This document shows, piece after piece, positions 1 through 9,570 of a stretch of DNA of 64,000 nucleotides (position 1 is its first letter; each line of letters starts with the position of its first letter). The stretch lies in assembly GCA_016927565.1 (NCBI GenBank), contig JAFGMK010000024.1, positions 6,105 through 70,104 on the forward strand. The letters run 5' to 3'. The position numbers were made by a program, and so were the translations under genes. The notes beneath the pieces were generated by a model. The model made no database searches, was not told the origin of the DNA, and worked only from the letters and a program-made list of their open reading frames with translations. The DNA is from Minisyncoccota bacterium. GTDB taxonomy: Bacteria; Patescibacteriota; Microgenomatia; PFEM01; JAFGMK01.

Positions 1-292
1 AAAGCTAAACCAACATCCCAATCACCCTTCTTAGCTCCTCCGGCAAAAACCTGAAGATCTTTGGCTTTAACCTCGAAACCGGCTTTTTTCAAAGCTTCAA
101 AAAAAGGCTGTTCCTGCTCTATATCAGCCTGAATCACATAAGCAATCGCCCGCACCAAATCCCGACCGTTGACAACATCTTTTAAAACCTGGCCAAAATT
201 AACATAGGCTCCATAAAGATTTTTAGCCGAATGATAGAGGTTTGAAACATCAACAAAAACCCCTATCCGCTGTCTGAGATTTTGCTCTTTCA
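1..292 (-). CDS. NYN (LabA-like) domain protein, N-terminal part only; gene runs off the window start
   Basis: Minus-strand ATG at 290-292. My own translation of the reverse complement: MKEQNLRQRIGVFVDVSNLYHSAKNLYGAYVNFGQVLKDVVNGRDLVRAIAYVIQAD...FEVKAKDLQVF. This matches the NYN/LabA-like N-terminus (GVFVD.SNL...L...AYV). It is absent from the ORF track because it is truncated by the window edge. Confidence 0.55.
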
Positions 293-334
293 TGGGTCAA
301 TTATATCATTGTCAAGCTAAAAGAAGCAAAAAAT

Positions 335-1618
335 TCACTCTTCCCCTCCAGTTATTCTCTCTTGGGCCAGAGCTTCTTCAACAACCCCTCTTTTATCGGG
401 ATAATCAACCAGAACGCAAACCGGATAACAACCTTCATTGGCAATCGGTACCAAAACCTGCTCAGGCATCAATCCCCCATTTAAAAAACCTTCCTCTTTC
501 CAAATATAAGAAAGACCGAACACAAGACCCCTTTTAGGAATCAAAATAAGATTCAAGTTCAGACTTTTTTCAGGTTGATGTTTGCTAAACTTTGCTAACA
601 ACAGTTCATCATGGCCCGGACCCAGGGAAAAAAGCACTTCCCAAAGGGCTAATCGCGGCTGATCGACTGACGGATAAGTCGTTCTCAATGAATCCAAAAC
701 CGTTAAGCCCGAATCATCTCCGGCCACCAGCCCCAATTGAGGAAAACCCGGCTCAGTCAAAGCTTTGCCTTTTAGCAGCTTAGGAAAACTTAAATCTACC
801 CGATGTTTAACTACCGAATTGTCCGCTCCCGGCCCCGGCCAGTTTAGTAAAAAAGGCCGGGACAAAGAAACCGGCCGGGAAGATTGGACAGCGGCAGTTT
901 TTGGACCGTCCATCGGCCGGCTCGCTTCGCCGGCTATCAAACACCGATCTGGAAGTGTCAACTGGCTAACAAGAGAATAATAATCGGGGAAATTTATTTC
1001 ATCATCAGGCCCCTCAGCCCAATGGGTCAAAATCGCCCGGCCCAGATTCCTCCAGTCTTGCCAAAACCGGGAAAGGGAATAAAAACCTTTTTCCCTCCCC
1101 TCGCCTCTCTGCCAAAGCTGAGAAAGAGAAAAAAACCCTCCTGGCATTTCCCGGCCTTCCTGTAAAAATTGACAGGCAGCCTTCAAAAGACGATCGGTCC
1201 AGCGAGTTAAAACCGAAAATTGCTCTCCCTTCCATTGAGCCTTAAAGGACCAGGGTTCGGTAGTAAAATTAAAATCCGGCGGAGAAAAATATCTGTCAAA
1301 AACACTTTTTTCTGAAAAAGAATGAGTGAGGTTTTCTTGCAGAATTTGAGCTATCTGTTCGCTCCCGCCTCCTGCTGCCGCCGCTCTCCACAAACGCCTG
1401 AATGTAAAAAATTCCGTTTCTGTCACATGAGTTATTGCCATTAATTCGGTCATTAACGCCGACTCAGCCAGAGGATCGCCTCGCCGTTCGTCAAACGAAT
1501 CAGCCACAAACGATGCCTCAGAAAGATTTTGCGCGGAAACCTCAATCGTTATTACTTTCCCATAAAAATCAGTCAACCGGGTCTTAACTGGTTCGATTTT
1601 TAATTCTTTTTCAGCCAT
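335..1618 (-). CDS. hypothetical protein (427 aa), no recognisable motif
   Basis: Long uninterrupted ORF in a gene-dense minus-strand run, located upstream of the NYN gene in the direction of transcription. No family could be assigned from the sequence. Confidence 0.5.
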   Translation of the reverse strand: MAEKELKIEPVKTRLTDFYGKVITIEVSAQNLSEASFVADSFDERRGDPLAESALMTELMAITHVTETEFFTFRRLWRAAAAGGGSEQIAQILQENLTHSFSEKSVFDRYFSPPDFNFTTEPWSFKAQWKGEQFSVLTRWTDRLLKAACQFLQEGREMPGGFFSLSQLWQRGEGREKGFYSLSRFWQDWRNLGRAILTHWAEGPDDEINFPDYYSLVSQLTLPDRCLIAGEASRPMDGPKTAAVQSSRPVSLSRPFLLNWPGPGADNSVVKHRVDLSFPKLLKGKALTEPGFPQLGLVAGDDSGLTVLDSLRTTYPSVDQPRLALWEVLFSLGPGHDELLLAKFSKHQPEKSLNLNLILIPKRGLVFGLSYIWKEEGFLNGGLMPEQVLVPIANEGCYPVCVLVDYPDKRGVVEEALAQERITGGEE

Positions 1619-1680
1619 AGCGGCAAATGGAAAATCAAAAACGAAGGCAATAAAAAGCCAAAAACTAATTAATAAATTAG

Positions 1681-2484
1681 CTAACTTTTCTCAAGTTCAC
1701 TATCGATAATTGATTTAAAGCTTTGATAGGGTTGAGCGCCAACCAGCATCTGGCCATTGATAAAAAAGGTTGGCGTTCCGCTAACCCCCATCTCCCGGCC
1801 CAGCGATGCCTCTTCGCTTTCTTTGGCGCTGAAATCCTTCTCAAGACAACGATCGAACTCAGACCGGTTCAAATCCACCCCTTGACTTAAGACCTGAAGC
1901 GCGGCTTTATTTCCCACTTCATCCTGATTGGCATAAACCACTTTTTTCATCTCCCAACCCTTGCCCTGTTCGGCCGCACACCAGATTATCTTCATTGCCT
2001 CCATACCGGCACCATGACCGGGAAAATAATGAAAAACCAGCCTCACTAAACCCTTTTCAAGATATTCCTTTTCAATCTGAGGCAAGGGCGCTTCCCAACC
2101 GGGAATTCTTGATTTAAGGCTTTCAATTACTTGCTGATTTCCCCCTGCCGCTGCAGCACAGTAAGGACAAGAAGGATCAGAGAATTCAACAATAACCACT
2201 CCCGCCTCGGCACTGCCTTTAACTATTGCCGACTCCTCGATCTTAATTCGAGACTGGACCCCTAAACTGTCTTCTTCTCCCTGCTCCGGCTGACTTGACC
2301 CCGGGGTCGAGGTCGGTCTGGCCGCGAGATCAACTGCCGGTTCTTGATTTTGACCGGTTTCGGAATTCCTGAACTTGGTATATAAAGAGCCGCCCCAAAA
2401 AGCGGCCAGCAGCAAAAGGAAAATCAAAACCGGCGTCGCCAGCTTTGATATATTTCCGGATTCTTCTTTATTTTCCTTAAGCAT
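1681..2484 (-). CDS. DsbA-like thiol:disulfide oxidoreductase (membrane-anchored)
   Basis: N-terminal TM helix and a Pro/Ser-rich linker, then a thioredoxin fold with CPYC (FSDPSCPYCAAAAGG) and a C-terminal GTPTFFINGQ motif typical of the DsbA family. Confidence 0.8.
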   Translation of the reverse strand: MLKENKEESGNISKLATPVLIFLLLLAAFWGGSLYTKFRNSETGQNQEPAVDLAARPTSTPGSSQPEQGEEDSLGVQSRIKIEESAIVKGSAEAGVVIVEFSDPSCPYCAAAAGGNQQVIESLKSRIPGWEAPLPQIEKEYLEKGLVRLVFHYFPGHGAGMEAMKIIWCAAEQGKGWEMKKVVYANQDEVGNKAALQVLSQGVDLNRSEFDRCLEKDFSAKESEEASLGREMGVSGTPTFFINGQMLVGAQPYQSFKSIIDSELEKS

Positions 2485-2589
2485 TAATTTTTCCGCCTTT
2501 AAACCAATTAATAAAACGTTTTTTTGATTGCTTAATCAAGGGAACACTTGGCCTTATTTTCTATTGAATCCGTATTTCTCCGGTGGTTA

Positions 2590-2781
2590 TTACTTTTCTT
2601 CCCAACTGATCGCCTTCACCGGACAAGAATCAATCGCACTCTGAATAACAGCCTGGTCATCTCCTGCCGGATCAATCGGCTTTGATTTGCCTTTTTCATC
2701 CATTTCAAAGCTCTCGGGAGCCAAAGCAACACAAGCTCCGCAACCGATACAGGTTTTTTTGTCAACCTTAACTTTTTTCAT
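2590..2781 (-). CDS. 4Fe-4S ferredoxin (small, single-domain)
   Basis: 63 aa. CIGCGAC motif plus a distal CP (DSCPVKAI), as in Thermotoga/Pyrococcus-type ferredoxins. Confidence 0.8.
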   Translation of the reverse strand: MKKVKVDKKTCIGCGACVALAPESFEMDEKGKSKPIDPAGDDQAVIQSAIDSCPVKAISWEEK

Positions 2782-2821
2782 ATGCGGGTATCATACTAAA
2801 ACCAACGGGATTAATCAAGTT

Positions 2822-4114
2822 TCAACTTCCCCGTATTTTCATTGCCCCAACCACTCTTTCCAGCGCTAGAGCGTAAGCCGCCATCCGGGGAGTAACCTTA
2901 AGAGTTTGATAATTCTGCCAAAAATCAAGAAAGGCCCTGACCATGATCTTTTTTAATTTAGCTAAAACCTCTGCCTTCTCCCAATAATATCCCTGTAAAT
3001 TCTGCACCCATTCAAAATAAGAAACCGTCACCCCGCCGCAATTGGCCAAAACATCAGGAATCACCAGAATCTTTCTTTGGTGTAAAACCTCATCCGCCTC
3101 AGGCGTCGTCGGGCCATTGGCCATTTCAAGCACTACTTTGGCTTTTATTCTGGCAGCGTTATTTTTAGTGATCACATTCTCCAAAGCCGCCGGCACCAAA
3201 ACATAACAATCAGTTTTCAATAACTGATCATTGGTAATTGTTTTTGTTCCCGGGAAACCAACTACCGACCCTGTCTTCTTCTTCCACCTCATCACCCTCT
3301 CCACCTCTAAATATCTCCCTCTTCCGTTTTCCGGCTTCTGTTTTCCGATTATTCCTCCTCTTGAGTCTGAAAGTGATACAATCTTAAAACCTGCTTTTTG
3401 AGCCAATCTGGCAAAATGATAGCCAACATTCCCAAAGCCCTGCACGGCAATTTTTAATTTTTCTTTTCTGATTTTTAATTTTTGGGCCAGTGAAGCAAGA
3501 ATATACACCCCGCCCAAACCGGTCGCCTCTTCTCTTCCCTGGCTTCCTCCCAAAACCAAAGGCTTTCCGGTAAATGACGCTAAAGGATTTGCTCCCAAAT
3601 TTCCCCATCTCCGCATCTTGCGTTTGGCGTTTTGCCTTTTTATATACTCATCGGCCATCCAGGCCATAATTTGACTGTTAGTATTCACATCCGGTGCCGG
3701 AATATCTGTCCAGGGTCCGATAAATGGCGACAATTTTCTCACGTAAGCTCTTGATAAACGTTCCAACTCTCCCGGACTTAGCTTTTTCGGATCGCAAATT
3801 ATCCCTCCCTTAGCCCCTCCGTAAGGAATACCGGCTATCGCACATTTCCAAGTCATCCACATTGAAAGTGCTTTCACTTCTGATTCGTTAACTTGAGGAT
3901 GAAATCTTATCCCGCCCTTATATGGTCCACGGGCACTGTTATGCTGACTCCGGAAAGCCCTAAAAACTTTAATTTTACCATTATCTAATTTTAATTTTAT
4001 ATCAAACTTATGAAGTGTTTCTGGTAACTTTAGTTGTTCAATTATTTCTTTATTCAAATCTAATAATTCAGCTATCTGATTTAACTGGAAAACAGCATTT
4101 TTATAAGGATTCAT
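2822..4114 (-). CDS. gdhA: glutamate dehydrogenase (Glu/Leu/Phe/Val dehydrogenase family)
   Basis: GGAKGGI substrate-binding motif, KGGIRFHP, and a Rossmann GFGNVG motif; 430 aa. Confidence 0.9.
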   Translation of the reverse strand: MNPYKNAVFQLNQIAELLDLNKEIIEQLKLPETLHKFDIKLKLDNGKIKVFRAFRSQHNSARGPYKGGIRFHPQVNESEVKALSMWMTWKCAIAGIPYGGAKGGIICDPKKLSPGELERLSRAYVRKLSPFIGPWTDIPAPDVNTNSQIMAWMADEYIKRQNAKRKMRRWGNLGANPLASFTGKPLVLGGSQGREEATGLGGVYILASLAQKLKIRKEKLKIAVQGFGNVGYHFARLAQKAGFKIVSLSDSRGGIIGKQKPENGRGRYLEVERVMRWKKKTGSVVGFPGTKTITNDQLLKTDCYVLVPAALENVITKNNAARIKAKVVLEMANGPTTPEADEVLHQRKILVIPDVLANCGGVTVSYFEWVQNLQGYYWEKAEVLAKLKKIMVRAFLDFWQNYQTLKVTPRMAAYALALERVVGAMKIRGS

Positions 4115-4121
4115 TTAAAAA

Positions 4122-5087
4122 TCAAGCTCCTCTTTGCAAAGGAGCCTGCTCTTTTCTCAAATATTGATAAGCCGAGGCCGCCGCCACCGCACCCATTGCC
4201 TGAACGGTAACTACTTGCTGAAAAGTCGGCCGAAAATCTGTTAAATCGCCAGCGGCAAAAATACCGGCGACATTTGTTCTCATTTGCTGATCGACTTTGA
4301 CAAAGCCGGCCTCATTCAAAGCCACCTTAATTATTTTGGCCAGACTGGTTCCCGGAATTCCTCCAATCTCAATAAAAACTCCATCCAGGGTTAACTCACG
4401 ACTATCCTCGTGGGGACGATCAAGCATTACTTTTCTGACCACCTTATCACCTTCAATTTTCAGAACATTGGTATTATAGATCGTTTTTATCCTGGGATTA
4501 GCGATCGCCTGCTCGACCCAAATCGGCTCCGCCCTCAACTTGTCTTTCCGATAAATCAAATAAACTTTTCGGGCAAACTCAGCTGTATGAACCGCTCCGG
4601 AAACCGCTCCGTCTGACCCCCCCACCAAGGCAACCGTCTTGCCTTTAAAAAAAGGGGCATCGCAAGTGGTACAGTAGCTTACTCCCCGTCCCAAAAATTC
4701 CTCTTCTCCGGGAATTCCAAGTTTCCGGCGCGTGGTTCCGGTTGCCAAGATTAATGTTTTGCCCAAATAGCTTTTCCCCAAATCGGTCGTGACTTGGAAA
4801 AAACCCTCGGCTGTCTTTTTGATATCCTCAGCCGGATCATAAAAAACTTCGGCTCCTAACCTTTCAACCTGAACCTCCATCTTCTGCATTAATTCCAATC
4901 CGGAAATGGAAACAAAACCCGGATAATTTTCGACTTTATGAGCCAATCCAATAGTTCCTCCGGCCTGCTTACCTAAAACCAGGTTTCTCATTTTGTAACG
5001 ACTGGCATAAATCGAAGCGGTCAATCCTGCCGGGCCAGAACCGATAATAATCAGATCATAAACAAATTTAGAAGTGCTTTTTTTCAT
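4122..5087 (-). CDS. trxB: thioredoxin-disulfide reductase-like flavoprotein
   Basis: FAD motif IIGSGPAGLTA, redox-active CTTCD pair, second dinucleotide motif ALVGGSDGAV, and a C-terminal GIFAAGD motif. Confidence 0.8.
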   Translation of the reverse strand: MKKSTSKFVYDLIIIGSGPAGLTASIYASRYKMRNLVLGKQAGGTIGLAHKVENYPGFVSISGLELMQKMEVQVERLGAEVFYDPAEDIKKTAEGFFQVTTDLGKSYLGKTLILATGTTRRKLGIPGEEEFLGRGVSYCTTCDAPFFKGKTVALVGGSDGAVSGAVHTAEFARKVYLIYRKDKLRAEPIWVEQAIANPRIKTIYNTNVLKIEGDKVVRKVMLDRPHEDSRELTLDGVFIEIGGIPGTSLAKIIKVALNEAGFVKVDQQMRTNVAGIFAAGDLTDFRPTFQQVVTVQAMGAVAAASAYQYLRKEQAPLQRGA

Positions 5088-5404
5088 TAAATCGCTTCTT
5101 CTATCAACTTCCTATACCCTTCTTTTCCGGGAAAACCCACCGATCGCTTTATCTCCTCACCTTGTTTAAAAATCAGCACTGTCGGAATACTCATCACCTG
5201 ATGCTTCTTGGCTATCTCCGGATTCTGATCAATATCCAGCTTTCCTACTTTGAGTTTACCTTCGTATTCTTTGGCCAGCTCCTCAATTACCGGCCCAGCC
5301 ATTTGGCAGGGGCCGCACCAAACCGCAAAAAAATCAACCAGAACCGGCAAATCAGCCTCTTCAACTTCTTTATTAAAATTTTCGTCATTTAAAATTAACA
5401 TCAC
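5087..5404 (-). CDS. trxA: thioredoxin
   Basis: WCGPCQ active site; 105 aa. Its stop overlaps the trxB start by 1 nt (TAATG), consistent with translational coupling. Confidence 0.9.
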   Translation of the reverse strand: MMLILNDENFNKEVEEADLPVLVDFFAVWCGPCQMAGPVIEELAKEYEGKLKVGKLDIDQNPEIAKKHQVMSIPTVLIFKQGEEIKRSVGFPGKEGYRKLIEEAI

Positions 5405-5538
5405 AAACCTCCTTTCACGACTATCTTAGTTTTTACCATCTTCTTTGGCTGTAATCAAGCCTACAAATGTTTATCCCCTAAAGTGAAAATCAAAAAAACG
5501 AAGATACCGGCTTCAGCTTTTAGCCTTTGGCCTTCTAA

Positions 5539-6078
5539 TCAAATTAACATCCAGGAAAAAAGAAGGAAAAAAAGAACCATTCCCAAATAGTAAAAGGCTT
5601 CTATTTTGGAAGAGCGTTTAATCCGCACCTGCCAAAACCAATTAGCCAGACTACTTCCATTGGCCAAAAGCATTCCTTGATTAATCAAAGAGTATAAAAG
5701 CATCGCCATCACCAACCCTTTGCCAAAAAGGGAATTAGTTGAGGAAACGGCAAAAAAAGATACCGCCAGCAGAGTGGCCTGAAAAACAACTGAATGGCCA
5801 ACCAATCTTTTCCTTTCACCGCAAGTATCAGTTAATAAGGCAAATGCTTCTTTAAAACGACGCTGTGTAGTTAACTGCCTGAATCTAACAGCCGTTTCTC
5901 CTTCAGGATTTTGCCAAAGAAGATAGGTTACATGATCAAGATTGTATATTAACAATCCCAAAAAACCACCCAGCCATAAAAATACTAATTGCCAATGAAA
6001 CTGCCAGCGAAGCAGAGTAATCAGGCAAAGATAACCAATCAGAAAAGCAGAATAAACCGGCGCATTCTTTTTAAACAT
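5539..6078 (-). CDS. hypothetical integral membrane protein
   Basis: Multiple hydrophobic helices. No conserved motif recognised. Confidence 0.5.
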   Translation of the reverse strand: MFKKNAPVYSAFLIGYLCLITLLRWQFHWQLVFLWLGGFLGLLIYNLDHVTYLLWQNPEGETAVRFRQLTTQRRFKEAFALLTDTCGERKRLVGHSVVFQATLLAVSFFAVSSTNSLFGKGLVMAMLLYSLINQGMLLANGSSLANWFWQVRIKRSSKIEAFYYLGMVLFFLLFSWMLI

Positions 6079-6302
6079 TTTTCTTTCGTTCTCTTTTTTT
6101 ATTTTTACAACATTTATTGCCTTCTGTCCAGCCCCTTAACACCTCCGGAGTATCTGTCTATTCCACTCCCGGGGTAAAGATTTTATTCTTTGATCGGGGA
6201 TTTTTTTAATCTCCGTTGCCCGCGGGTATAAGCAGCCTTGTGTAACCCCTCTGGCTTGACGCTTATACCGAGGCTGATTTTACAAAACTTTAACGCCGTC
6301 CG

Positions 6303-6365
6303 CTTGAGTCTAACCTTACTGAAAACTAGTCAATCAGGCACAAAGAAACTGAGTTTTCTGAGTGG
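6303..6365. repeat. 63-bp conserved intergenic element, copy 1
   Basis: cttgagtctaaccttactgaaaactagtcaatcaggcacaaagaaactgagttttctgagtgg. About 87% identical to copy 2, with the last 27 nt identical. Confidence 0.8.
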
Positions 6366-6408
6366 ATAAAAACAAATCAACGCTTCAAACTTAAAGAAGT
6401 CAAATTAA

Positions 6409-7383
6409 TCAAACAGCCGACAATTTGTCAAGCAAAGATCGTCCCCGGTCATGTTCCAGAATAAAACAGTGCCCGGTGATCGCCTCCGGCGGAATAAAGC
6501 CCAAAACCATCCGCCCGTCTTCAAGAAGACCTTCGTCAGGCGCTTTTATTAATTCTCTGACCGGTAAATGAATCTTAAAAAGACAGTTGCCAAAAAATCT
6601 TCCCCTCCTCCTTTTAAGATAATCCGGGGTGGTCATTCCCATTCCCAAGTCAAAAGGACTGGACTGCCTAAATTCCCCTGAAGTATACCTGGAACACAAA
6701 AGACCGATCGGCGAAACCGGCGCCTGCCTTATTAGCCATGCCAAGCCAACTTCCGGCTCAAATCTCCTTGCCAGACAGCCTCCGACTTTCCAGTGGAAAT
6801 CAATCGTTCGATAAGCCAAATTCTCAATCTTAAGATATTTTTCTAAACCGCCGGGTATTAAACCATATTTTCTGATGAGTTCTGCTTTTTCGTCAGTTTG
6901 CTCCAGCCACTCACCCCGATAAACCGTCTCCGACCCGTCACCCGAACTGATTCCCGCCAATGCTTTTTCCCAGGCATCCTGTCTTTCGGAAAACCGGCCA
7001 AAAATATGCTTCACTCCCCGCCAATCCCCGGCATGAATTGTTAATAATTCCGGATATTGAAGCTGGATTCTTCTTTGATCTTTTTCATCTATCTTGGCCT
7101 CCGCCAACCATCTGTCTAAAAATATCTGCGCCCGAACTGCCACTCCAATTTGTTGCACCGTCATCGGAAAACTCAAAATGAGCCGCGCCGCCTCGGCTGC
7201 CAAATCCCTTATCTGTCCCTCATCTTCTCCGAGATACATCTTCTCAACAATCTGCCGGACCATTCTCCATCTATCGGCTAGGGAAATTGTTTCTTCTTTA
7301 CCCCATCGTTTCAGCCGCTGTGCTTCAGTTGCGGCCAGTTTATAATTTGTCTCCCAAACTTCCGGTCCGTCTTTTATCTTCAT
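6409..7383 (-). CDS. hypothetical protein (324 aa)
   Basis: Uninterrupted ORF bracketed by the two 63-bp repeats. No motif recognised. Confidence 0.5.
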   Translation of the reverse strand: MKIKDGPEVWETNYKLAATEAQRLKRWGKEETISLADRWRMVRQIVEKMYLGEDEGQIRDLAAEAARLILSFPMTVQQIGVAVRAQIFLDRWLAEAKIDEKDQRRIQLQYPELLTIHAGDWRGVKHIFGRFSERQDAWEKALAGISSGDGSETVYRGEWLEQTDEKAELIRKYGLIPGGLEKYLKIENLAYRTIDFHWKVGGCLARRFEPEVGLAWLIRQAPVSPIGLLCSRYTSGEFRQSSPFDLGMGMTTPDYLKRRRGRFFGNCLFKIHLPVRELIKAPDEGLLEDGRMVLGFIPPEAITGHCFILEHDRGRSLLDKLSAV

Positions 7384-7526
7384 GTTCCCCAGCTTCCTTT
7401 TAAAAAAAACATATCAAGCGGCTTTCCGCTCTCCTGCCCCCACAAGACCGCCCTTTGTAACTTTTCGTTCGAAATTTAAGTCAAACTGACTGCGGGTATT
7501 ATTTTAAAGAAACGGAGTTCTCTCTG

Positions 7527-7589
7527 CTTGAGATTAACCTTACGAAAAACTAGTCATTTAGGCACAAAGAAACTGAGTTTTCTGAGCAG
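7527..7589. repeat. 63-bp conserved intergenic element, copy 2
   Basis: cttgagattaaccttacgaaaaactagtcatttaggcacaaagaaactgagttttctgagcag. Same orientation as copy 1. Confidence 0.8.
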
Positions 7590-7621
7590 ATTTCTTGAAG
7601 TGGAGAAAAAGAAAGCTCAAA

Positions 7622-9520
7622 CTAACCCCAAAGTTCCCTCGTCAATTCAACATTTCTCGGATGAGTCAGAGTCGCCAGAGTTTCATCATCAAGATCATGA
7701 AGCCTTTGCCTAATAAAGGAGCTGTGAACATCCGACAAGGAGCCCATTAAAAAAACAGCCTGAACGCCATTATCAAAAACCCGGCCCATAACCGGAATCG
7801 CTTGATAAGCAGTTCCCAGCTCGCCCATTTGCAAATTTAAAACTGTCCGGATTCCATTTAGAAATTCGTGCCCTTGCGGTTCTGTTTCTTCGGTATAAAT
7901 GCCCCTAGCCCGATCAAGAGCATCAGTTCCCGTCAACCGACCCAAAGAAACAGTCAGACCCCGATCTTTAAATGCCTGACAATGAGCCAACAGCTTATCA
8001 GCTGTTGGCCTGCCGGCATCCCTGGCAGAATACAAAAAAATTCCCGCCTGACCCCTTGTCGCCTGGTGAACCATCTCCCGCCTGATTGCCGCCTTCCGCT
8101 CCAGATGCCTTTTTTCCGGATTGCCCCGATTAACACTAATCCCTACATAAACCGCGCCACCTCCAAACAGACTAGGAAACTGTCGCCCTGCTACCTCCCT
8201 TGCCGCTTCTTCATGGCCAACATGAATCGGCCCAAATTGTCCATGAAAATCAAGCACAGAAACCCCATTTCTGACTGTCCCTACACTGCGGGGTCGTTTA
8301 GTCCTTATCTCATGATCGTCAATCTGACGATTGTGTTTTCTCCAAACCGAATTATCCATCCCTAAAAACCGATAATAAGCCTCACTCCATTCAAAGGTGT
8401 GTAAACCTCGTAAGCGCATCTCTAAAATAAATTGGCCAATTAAAGAATGAGTAAACCCGGATAATTCCCCATCAACACCGCGGACATGAGAATTAAGTTT
8501 TTTAAAACCCCAACCTGCAAATGATTCCACTCCTCTCCCGGGAGAAAACTTAGGAACCAATAATTCCGACGGGGTAAAAGAAGCGCATAAACCCAAAAGA
8601 CTTTCCCTAGACAAAGCCAAAAGACGACGCCTAACCAAAGAACACATTTCTTGAGCCAACATCGCCCGATCAGTCACTGCCAGATTATTTTCCCCTCCCC
8701 TGTCAAGCCTCTCTCCCAAAGCTAAGGCTATTAACGGGATAATATCAGCCACCGAGGTTGATCTCAACGCCCCAACCTCCGAAGAACTTTCAAGAAAAAT
8801 GCCAAAAGTTTCGCTTGCTTTTGCTGCCGCCTGAGCAATCAAAACAAAATCTTGTTTTCGAGAGCCTTCCTCTCTTCCCAACTCTTGAGCACAAGCAGTC
8901 GAAAAATGTTCCAATTGAGCCACGCCATTCCAAGGACTATGCCAAGAAACATCTCTGCCAATCTGTTCCAAAGCCTCAATCCTTCTAAACTCTTCACTTC
9001 CCCAAACTTCACCCCGATCACTTAAATCATGATAAGCTGAATCCGCTAACGAAGAAGGTCCCGATCGAAATCCCTCCAGAGGCTTTATCTCTCCTCCTCT
9101 TAAAAACAAACCGGGGACAAGAACTGGATCAAGAAAGGCTAATCCAGCCAAAGACTGGAACCAACCGGCGATCGTCTCCGCTCTGACTCCCTGATCTAGC
9201 CAAACCCTAACATGCTCCCTGAAAGTCCTTGGTCCAACCGGATCCTTTCGGTTATAACCCATCGAAAAATGGGCAGCCGAACGATGAAGCCTCTCAAAAA
9301 CATTTACATCCGCACGAGAACTAAAAGCCAATGATCTAGTCAATAAACCAAAACCATCGGCCAGTTGAACCGTCAATGTCTGCTCCGGTGATTGTTCAAC
9401 TGCGATTACATACTCAGCAATCCGGCCTAGCCAAGTAGGACTTCTTAAAGCTTCAGGAGAAGCATTCAGGTCGCGAGCGTATCTTGCCAAAAGCAGGTTA
9501 TAACTTTCCGGCCTAGCCAT
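7622..9520 (-). CDS. hypothetical protein (632 aa)
   Basis: Long ORF. The C-terminal region has His-rich segments (LDFHGQFGPIHVGHEE). A sugar-active hydrolase or deacetylase fold is only a weak guess. Confidence 0.5.
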   Translation of the reverse strand: MARPESYNLLLARYARDLNASPEALRSPTWLGRIAEYVIAVEQSPEQTLTVQLADGFGLLTRSLAFSSRADVNVFERLHRSAAHFSMGYNRKDPVGPRTFREHVRVWLDQGVRAETIAGWFQSLAGLAFLDPVLVPGLFLRGGEIKPLEGFRSGPSSLADSAYHDLSDRGEVWGSEEFRRIEALEQIGRDVSWHSPWNGVAQLEHFSTACAQELGREEGSRKQDFVLIAQAAAKASETFGIFLESSSEVGALRSTSVADIIPLIALALGERLDRGGENNLAVTDRAMLAQEMCSLVRRRLLALSRESLLGLCASFTPSELLVPKFSPGRGVESFAGWGFKKLNSHVRGVDGELSGFTHSLIGQFILEMRLRGLHTFEWSEAYYRFLGMDNSVWRKHNRQIDDHEIRTKRPRSVGTVRNGVSVLDFHGQFGPIHVGHEEAAREVAGRQFPSLFGGGAVYVGISVNRGNPEKRHLERKAAIRREMVHQATRGQAGIFLYSARDAGRPTADKLLAHCQAFKDRGLTVSLGRLTGTDALDRARGIYTEETEPQGHEFLNGIRTVLNLQMGELGTAYQAIPVMGRVFDNGVQAVFLMGSLSDVHSSFIRQRLHDLDDETLATLTHPRNVELTRELWG

Positions 9521-9570
9521 AAAAACAAAAAGGGAGCAGTTTTTAATTCCCTTTGGCGAAGTAAACCAAG

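Noticed and set aside
6303-7589. The 63-bp repeats considered as insertion-sequence terminal repeats around gene 6409..7383.
   Set aside because: The copies are direct, not inverted. The enclosed ORF has no transposase or integrase motifs (no DDE or HTH signature seen), and no target-site duplication is evident outside the repeats.
7868-8365. Plus-strand ORFs of 60-180 aa lying entirely inside long minus-strand genes (7868..8365, 18016..18465, 18520..18975, 19785..20219, 25870..26223, 33188..33727 and similar).
   Set aside because: They overlap well-supported genes with clear family motifs on the opposite strand. They have low-complexity, Pro/Ser/Arg-rich translations typical of antisense shadow ORFs, and lack plausible starts and RBS context.
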